Assembly (NCBI GenBank): GCA_025055575.1
Contig: JANWWP010000034.1
Coordinates: 273 to 64,272, forward strand
Source: Flavobacteriales bacterium
GTDB lineage: Bacteria; Bacteroidota; Bacteroidia; CAIKAF01
Length of the DNA: 64,000 nucleotides
Direction: 5' to 3'
Below are positions 58,015 through 64,000 of this stretch, piece after piece. Below the pieces are notes generated by a model. The model had not been told where the DNA came from. It was given only the letters and a program-made list of their open reading frames with translations, and did no database searches. Position numbers and translations under genes: made by a program. Each line of letters opens with the position of its first letter. The first letter of the stretch is position 1.

Positions 58015-59067
58015 ATGAAACACCAACTTGTACTTCTTTTCTCAATCACTGGCTTTTTGGGATTACATTCCTGTGGTGGGGGAAAGTCCAACGAAGCACA
58101 GCAATCGGCCCAGGCAGAAAATGAAAGATATGACAATTTGCTGAAGGATAAGCTCAATGTCTTTCAACCTCTTCCAGCAGCCGATGCCGGCTTGGATCCC
58201 AAGCTGGTGAACCTGGGTCGCCATTTGTACTTCGATACCCGCCTTTCCAAAAAAGAAACTATTTCCTGCAATTCGTGCCACAACTTGGCCACATATGGGG
58301 TGGATAACAAACCCACCTCGCCCGGGGATGAAGGGAAAAACGGCGACCGCAACAGCCCCACCGTGTACAATGCCTTCCTGCACACGGCACAATTCTGGGA
58401 TGGCCGGGCCGCTCATGTGGAAGAACAGGCCGGAATTCCTATCTTGAATCCCATTGAAATGAATATTCCAAGCGAGAAATTTTTAATGGATCGCCTGGCT
58501 AAAACAGACCTCTATAAACAACTTTTTTCTGAAGCATTTCCTGGTGAAAAGAATCCGTTCACCTATGATAATCTGAAAAAAGCCATTGGCGCATTTGAGC
58601 GCACACTAGTGACCCCCACGCGCTTTGATAAATACCTTGCCGGAGATAAATCGGCGTTAACGCTTGAAGAGAAAAAAGGCCTGATGTCTTTCATTTCCAC
58701 AGGATGTACCACTTGCCATATCGGCCCGGGATTGGGCGGCAATATGTTTCAGAAATTTGGTGTTCATCATCCTTATTGGGAATACACCAAAAGCGCCAAA
58801 ATCGATGAGGGGAAAGCTGCTGTTACAAAAATGGAAGCCGATAAATACGTATTTAAAGTGCCTTCTTTGTACAATGTAGAAAAAACGTATCCTTACTTCC
58901 ATGATGGCAGTGTCAGCGATCTGGGTGAAGCCGTAAAAATCATGGCCAAGGTGCAGCTGAATGTGGACCTGCCGCAAGAAGAGGTGCAAAAGATTGTAAC
59001 CTTTCTTAAAAGTCTGACGGCGGACATTCCAGCCGATATGATGAAGAATCCTTTCCAAGCCTCTTAA
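58015..59067 (+). CDS. ccp: Di-heme cytochrome c peroxidase (lipoprotein)
   Basis: Lipobox LHSC; two CxxCH (SCNSCH, GCTTCH); RNSPTVYN, QFWDGRA, FKVPSL and PYFHDG motifs. Confidence 0.95.
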   Translation: MKHQLVLLFSITGFLGLHSCGGGKSNEAQQSAQAENERYDNLLKDKLNVFQPLPAADAGLDPKLVNLGRHLYFDTRLSKKETISCNSCHNLATYGVDNKPTSPGDEGKNGDRNSPTVYNAFLHTAQFWDGRAAHVEEQAGIPILNPIEMNIPSEKFLMDRLAKTDLYKQLFSEAFPGEKNPFTYDNLKKAIGAFERTLVTPTRFDKYLAGDKSALTLEEKKGLMSFISTGCTTCHIGPGLGGNMFQKFGVHHPYWEYTKSAKIDEGKAAVTKMEADKYVFKVPSLYNVEKTYPYFHDGSVSDLGEAVKIMAKVQLNVDLPQEEVQKIVTFLKSLTADIPADMMKNPFQAS

Positions 59068-60876
59068 GTGGCTTTTCAATCGGGCTTGAAAAGGCATCAT
59101 TTTTTGTCCGGACACGTCGTCCGGATTTTTTTTATTTCTCTTTTGTTCCCTGATATTTTTTATAAACCGTTTTTATGGGCTCAGATTTTCGAGCCGGAGT
59201 TCTTGTGGGTGGAATATCGAAGGATGGATCTGGGGGCGCCCACTTCCACGCTCATCCCTTTTGGAAAAAGTTTTCAAAATCCTTCTATTTCCATTTTATT
59301 CTCACGCGATGCCTCCACATACTCTTACTTCATTTCATTTTCAGATTCTGTGCAGCTTCTTCAGGCAGAAATCCAGGGCCGATTTCGAAACATGCCAGAT
59401 TTCCTCCTGCTTTCCCATGGTTTCCAAAGCTGGTCCGAGAGCCGATACTTAGGACCCGGAGACAAACAAAAGCCGCCTTCGGCCTGTATTCGTCCATTTT
59501 CCAGATATTATGGGGATACCGAATTCTTTAACTATAAGCAATGGCGGAGTTGGCAGCATTCCTGGAATTTCACGGCAGTTCCTCTCGCTCAGGATACGGT
59601 GGAGCTGTTGGCCTCCTTAAATGAGAACGAGGCGTACACCTGCATCCGCTGGAATTGGAAGGCGGGGTGCTTCGTCATGGCGCGCGATGTGAAGGGAAAG
59701 TGCGTGGGCTCTGAACCTTGGCCACTCTTTGAGGTGTATCACCAAATAGGGCCATGGGAGCGTGTATGGAAGCAATGGGCCCTCTTGTACGAGGGATCCA
59801 AACCGTATCGGCCGGCCGATACGCTGCGTGGCTGGACAAGTTGGTATTACCATTACAACAAAATTGATGAAAACCGCCTTCTTGAAAATGTAAGAGCATT
59901 TTGTGAAGAGCCCGTGCAAGTGATTCAGATTGATGATGGATACCAGAAGTCCGTGGGAGAGTGGACCCTCACCAACGAAAAATTTCCACGGGGCGTCCGG
60001 CCCATAGCGGATAGTGTACACCGATGTGGAAAAAAAGCCGGCATTTGGGTGGCCCCTTTTGTCGTGAGCCGTAGGTCTCAAGTCTTCAGGGAACATCCGG
60101 ACTGGCTGTTAAAAACGCCTGAGGGAAAACCCTTACGCGTGGGTTATAACCCGCTCTGGGGCGGCTGGTATTATGCTTTGGATTTTTACCGACCAGAAGT
60201 GCAGGATTACCTTGGGGCAGCTTTAGATACCCTACTTCGGGCCTGGAACTTTGACTTTCTGAAAGCCGATTTTTTATTTGCTGTGGGGGTGCTGCCCCGT
60301 CCCAATAAGAATCGAACGCGGGCCGGCGTGATGTCGGACGCCCTGGAATGGCTGCGCAAAAAGACCGAGGGAAAAGATTTGTTGCTGTGCGGGGTTCCCT
60401 TAGGCCCGGCTTTCAAAAAAACAGACTATTGCCGTATAGGCAACGACGTGCATTTGAGGTGGGATATGGGACTGCTTCAACTTTTAAGGGCGCCGGAGCG
60501 TCCGTCCACCCGGCTCTCCATCCAAAACACCTTGACGCGGGCGCCACTCGGAGGGCTTGTGTTCCAAAACGATCCGGATGTTTTTATTCTGCGTGAGGAG
60601 CGTCAGCATTTATCCAAGGAACAAAAAGAATTGCTCTTTCGGGTCAATACGTGGCTGGGGGCAATATTGTTTACCTCCGACAATCCTTCCCGGTATTCTG
60701 CTGAGTTGAGAAAACAATGGCAGTCTTATTATAAGACACCTGAAAAGCCCGCTGCCACACCCAGGCCCCTGGGCGGTAATAAGTGGTTGTTGAAGTCCGA
60801 GCAAAAAGATGAAGTGTGGGTATTGGATTTGAAAAAAGGAAGGATGTATTCCATAGGTTCCAACTCCCGTCCGTGA
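59068..60876 (+). CDS. Alpha-galactosidase, glycoside hydrolase family 36
   Basis: GWTSWY, QIDDGYQ, GIWVAPF, FLKADF, CRIGND and NDPD motifs. Start uncertain. Confidence 0.88.
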   Translation: MAFQSGLKRHHFLSGHVVRIFFISLLFPDIFYKPFLWAQIFEPEFLWVEYRRMDLGAPTSTLIPFGKSFQNPSISILFSRDASTYSYFISFSDSVQLLQAEIQGRFRNMPDFLLLSHGFQSWSESRYLGPGDKQKPPSACIRPFSRYYGDTEFFNYKQWRSWQHSWNFTAVPLAQDTVELLASLNENEAYTCIRWNWKAGCFVMARDVKGKCVGSEPWPLFEVYHQIGPWERVWKQWALLYEGSKPYRPADTLRGWTSWYYHYNKIDENRLLENVRAFCEEPVQVIQIDDGYQKSVGEWTLTNEKFPRGVRPIADSVHRCGKKAGIWVAPFVVSRRSQVFREHPDWLLKTPEGKPLRVGYNPLWGGWYYALDFYRPEVQDYLGAALDTLLRAWNFDFLKADFLFAVGVLPRPNKNRTRAGVMSDALEWLRKKTEGKDLLLCGVPLGPAFKKTDYCRIGNDVHLRWDMGLLQLLRAPERPSTRLSIQNTLTRAPLGGLVFQNDPDVFILREERQHLSKEQKELLFRVNTWLGAILFTSDNPSRYSAELRKQWQSYYKTPEKPAATPRPLGGNKWLLKSEQKDEVWVLDLKKGRMYSIGSNSRP

Positions 60877-60962
60877 GGGCTATTTTTGGCAGGGGGCAAA
60901 TTGCGGGTTCTGCTACAAAGCGTCGGGATTTTTTTTCTTATAAAAGGGCTTGAGCATGCGCT

Positions 60963-61868
60963 CTAATCACGCGTGAGTTCCTGGAACACATCTTCGAGGT
61001 TGCGCTGACGCGCGGTGATTTCCACAATGGGATTCTGTGAAGTCACAGCCCAGTCAAACAATGATTTCCGAGCTATATCGGAATCTTGCGTGGTGATTTC
61101 AAATGTTTTCCCGTCTGTGTTTTGCCGCACGTGCAAAACGCCCTGCACAGATTTCAAATCTGAAGGTTGAACATGTTTTTCAAATTGTACATTCAGGACA
61201 TTGCCTACCCCGCGGCGCCGAAGACTGTCCACGGATTCATCGGCCCGGATACGACCTTTGGCTATGATGGCTGCGCGGGTGCAGATGGCCTCCACTTCTT
61301 GCATGATGTGGGTGCTCATTATCACAATGCGGGCGCTGCCCATCTCGCGGATGAGAAGACGGATTTCCTGCACCTGATTGGGGTCAAGGCCGCTGGTGGG
61401 TTCATCCAGAATGAGCACCTCGGGCTGATGTAAAAGAGCTGCCGCAAGCCCAAGTCTTTGCCTGTAGCCCCGGGAGAGCATACCGGCTTTTTTGTGGGCT
61501 TCGGGGCCCAGGCCCGTTTGGTCAATCACTTCCTGAATTCTGTGTCTAATATTCTTCAATCCAAAGACTTGGGCTCGAAATTCTAAATATTCGCGCACGT
61601 AGAGGTCTCCATACAGGGGGTTGTTTTCCGGAAGGTAACCCATGGAGCGACGGGCTTTCACTGTATCCGTTGCGACATTTATCCCACACACACGAACGTC
61701 GCCGAAATCCGGGGCCACATAGCCTGTGATGATTTTCATCAAGGTGCTTTTCCCGGCTCCATTGGGCCCCAGCAAGCCAAATACGCCCCCCGGACGGATG
61801 GTCAGATGCACATCGTCCAAAGCTTTCTGGATCCCGTAGGATTTGGAAACACCTGAAATTTCCACCAT
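60963..61868 (-). CDS. gldA: Gliding motility-associated ABC transporter ATP-binding protein
   Basis: GPNGAGKSTLMKIITGY, GYLPENNPLY, LSRGYRQR, DEPTSGLDPNQ and STHIMQEVEAIC motifs. Confidence 0.9.
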   Translation of the reverse strand: MVEISGVSKSYGIQKALDDVHLTIRPGGVFGLLGPNGAGKSTLMKIITGYVAPDFGDVRVCGINVATDTVKARRSMGYLPENNPLYGDLYVREYLEFRAQVFGLKNIRHRIQEVIDQTGLGPEAHKKAGMLSRGYRQRLGLAAALLHQPEVLILDEPTSGLDPNQVQEIRLLIREMGSARIVIMSTHIMQEVEAICTRAAIIAKGRIRADESVDSLRRRGVGNVLNVQFEKHVQPSDLKSVQGVLHVRQNTDGKTFEITTQDSDIARKSLFDWAVTSQNPIVEITARQRNLEDVFQELTRD

Positions 61869-61889
61869 AACGCTGGGGGTTAGGTTTTT

Positions 61890-62540
61890 CTATACGGCAA
61901 AGCGTTTGGCCACAAGTTCCCGAAAGCGCTTCACAGTTTCGCTTTCAGGATCCCATTTGTAGAGATCGGCCAATTCATTTAAGTAACTTTCTGCCGAGGC
62001 TTTATCAGGCGTATTATTCAGAGTGTCCAGGGCCGCGTGGTAGGCATGGTTTTCGCCGCCAAAAAGTTCATACATAAAATGAAATTTATCGGCCAGACTG
62101 ATGGCTTTTCGCAAGTCGTCCACCGGCATCAGGCGCAGACGGTCAGCCAGTACAGTTTCTGCCGTTTCAGCCATGGGGGGGGCTTTTTTGGGGCTCGGTT
62201 CTTGGAGTGGAGCCGGGCTTGCCGGAGCCGGGACGGATTCGGGAATGACGCTGGCAGGCGGGGTTGTTGGAGCGGTGGACGGCTGAACCATCACTGCCTG
62301 CGTGAGGATAGCAGATTCTGATAATCCCACATCCTCAGATCTGTACGACCTTGGAGAGGCACCATATCTCTGGAGATAATTCAGGATACTGATGTATTCA
62401 TACAAAGACCGCACATTGGCCAGAGTGGCTTCGAAATCGGTGCGTGTGGGGGCGGCTTGCGCGAGGCGCTCGGACTGGTGCACCAAGGCCTGGGCCGCAT
62501 TTTTAATACGAACAATTAATTCTTCTTTGTCCATGCGCAT
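61890..62540 (-). CDS. Bacteroidota-type hypothetical protein with a Pro-rich linker
   Basis: N-terminal helix, Pro/Ala/Ser-rich linker and C-terminal [21 protein letters not shown]...WD...KRF domain. Confidence 0.8.
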   Translation of the reverse strand: MRMDKEELIVRIKNAAQALVHQSERLAQAAPTRTDFEATLANVRSLYEYISILNYLQRYGASPRSYRSEDVGLSESAILTQAVMVQPSTAPTTPPASVIPESVPAPASPAPLQEPSPKKAPPMAETAETVLADRLRLMPVDDLRKAISLADKFHFMYELFGGENHAYHAALDTLNNTPDKASAESYLNELADLYKWDPESETVKRFRELVAKRFAV

Positions 62541-62599
62541 TCAATAAACGGCAAAAATGGGGAAATTCGTTCCATCTTTGCTGCGGCCAAATCAAAAAT

Positions 62600-63175
62600 A
62601 TGAGCTCCTCAGGTTCCGGGCGCATTGAAGTGATTTGCGGGTCGATGTTTTCCGGGAAAACTGAGGAACTTATTCGCCGCTTGCGCCGGGCCGTCATTGC
62701 GCGCCAGTCGGTGGAAATTTACAAGCCTTCCGTGGATGTACGCTATGGCGATCAGGACGTGGTGTCGCACGATGCCAACCGTCTGTCCTGCACTCCGGTG
62801 GACTCGGCCATGAACATATTGCTCCTTTACAGGGGAGCCCAGGTGGTGGGGCTGGATGAAGCCCAGTTTTTTGATGACGGGGTGGTGCAGGTGTGTCGTG
62901 AACTTTCAGCACAGGGCGTTCGGGTGGTGGTGGCCGGTCTGGATATGGACTATCTGGGAAGGCCCTTTGGCCCCATGCCGGCCCTTATGGCCATCGCCGA
63001 TGACGTCCTGAAAGTACATGCCATCTGTATGGATTGCGGTCAGGAGGCCAGTTTCTCCTACCGCATGGCCAAAGAAGAAAATTTAGTACATCTGGGCGCG
63101 AAAAACCACTACAAGCCTCTGTGCCGTGCATGCTTTAACCGACGCCAGGGCCGTCTGCATCCGGATCATCCATGA
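62600..63175 (+). CDS. tdk: Thymidine kinase
   Basis: [32 protein letters not shown] and Zn-binding C..C...CRAC. Confidence 0.98.
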   Translation: MSSSGSGRIEVICGSMFSGKTEELIRRLRRAVIARQSVEIYKPSVDVRYGDQDVVSHDANRLSCTPVDSAMNILLLYRGAQVVGLDEAQFFDDGVVQVCRELSAQGVRVVVAGLDMDYLGRPFGPMPALMAIADDVLKVHAICMDCGQEASFSYRMAKEENLVHLGAKNHYKPLCRACFNRRQGRLHPDHP

Positions 63176-64000
63176 ACAGATGGGCCATTAGCAGCATTAA
63201 AACAGTTGCGGCGCTGACGGGCTTATTTCTTGCTTTTGCCTTGTGGTTTCGCTTTGCCACGAAGCACATTCCTCCCTCACTGTCGCCCCGCGACCAAACT
63301 CTTGTGGATTCGCTCGCTGCATTAACCCAGGATTCGGTTTTCCAACTCAAGTGGGGCTGCTTGCGGTATCATGAAGCAGGCCTATGGGAGTTGTTCCTGC
63401 GCGGGGATCCTGTGGCACGGGGCGCAGCTCACGGCCGGTTGATGAAACCTTTTTTACGATTCCAGGAACGAGCCTTCATCGAATTTATTCGGACCCTTAT
63501 TCCTTCAGAAAGTTATCTGGAATGTCTCAAATATGCTGTCGCGTTTTTTAATAGAAACATTAGTAATTATGTGGCGGATGAATACCGAAAGGAGCTTCTG
63601 GCTTTATCGTTTTTTCATGACGACACTTTCAATTTTATAGGGTCTCGGTACGAAAGAGTTTTGCAATACCATGCAGCCCATGATATTGGGCATGCCTTGC
63701 AGCCTTACCTGCCGGTGGCCTGCAGTGCATTTGTTGTGTGGGACAGCCTTTCCCGTGATGGAAAACTCCTTTTGGGCCGCAACTTTGATTTTTATGCCGG
63801 TGAGGCTTTTGCACGGCACCGCGTGGTTCAGTTTGTCCATCCCAACCGGGGATATCGGTTCATTTCTGTAGCCTGGCCCGGCTTCTGCGGCGTAGTGTCA
63901 GGGCTTAATGAAAAAGGCTTGGCAGTCACGATCAATGCCTCGGCTTCGCGTCCCCCCTTAGCTGCTAAAACACCGATATCTCTTCTCACCCGTCAGATTC
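63172..64000 (+). CDS. C45 family (Ntn-hydrolase) autoproteolytic acyltransferase, 3'-truncated by the window
   Basis: Translated by hand (absent from the ORF track): MNRWAISS...[13 protein letters not shown]...[18 protein letters not shown]...GRNFDFYAG...[21 protein letters not shown] overlap with tdk. Confidence 0.88.
   Translation, partial: MNRWAISSIKTVAALTGLFLAFALWFRFATKHIPPSLSPRDQTLVDSLAALTQDSVFQLKWGCLRYHEAGLWELFLRGDPVARGAAHGRLMKPFLRFQERAFIEFIRTLIPSESYLECLKYAVAFFNRNISNYVADEYRKELLALSFFHDDTFNFIGSRYERVLQYHAAHDIGHALQPYLPVACSAFVVWDSLSRDGKLLLGRNFDFYAGEAFARHRVVQFVHPNRGYRFISVAWPGFCGVVSGLNEKGLAVTINASASRPPLAAKTPISLLTRQI

Overview
This is a gene-dense core-chromosome segment of a Bacteroidota bacterium, probably a free-living, aerobic member of Bacteroidia. 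The phylum call rests on repeated TAnnTTTG (-7) promoter elements, gldA, a T9SS C-terminal sorting domain, a PorE-like TPR/PD40/OmpA protein and many signal peptides followed by Gln. It holds about 53 CDSs, two of them truncated by the window edges, and one tRNA-Gly(GCC). Most genes are housekeeping or envelope genes (ffh, folD, purL, lgt, fbp, ligA, mdh, meaB, split metH, nbaC, queD, rfaD, gldA, tdk). I found no CRISPR array, integrase, transposase, prophage, rRNA or recognisable defence system, and no clear complete novel system. The best leads are: (1) a three-domain nucleotidyltransferase-GmhB phosphatase-P-loop kinase fusion that may be a one-polypeptide heptose/sugar activation enzyme; (2) a recurring TAnnTTTG-N4-start codon architecture suggesting frequent leaderless mRNAs; (3) a 1485-aa exported beta-rich protein translationally coupled to lgt; (4) a structured non-coding region after tRNA-Gly with an inverted pair of REP-like palindromes and a possible tRNA-like remnant. 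All functional calls come from reading motifs by eye; no database searches were run.
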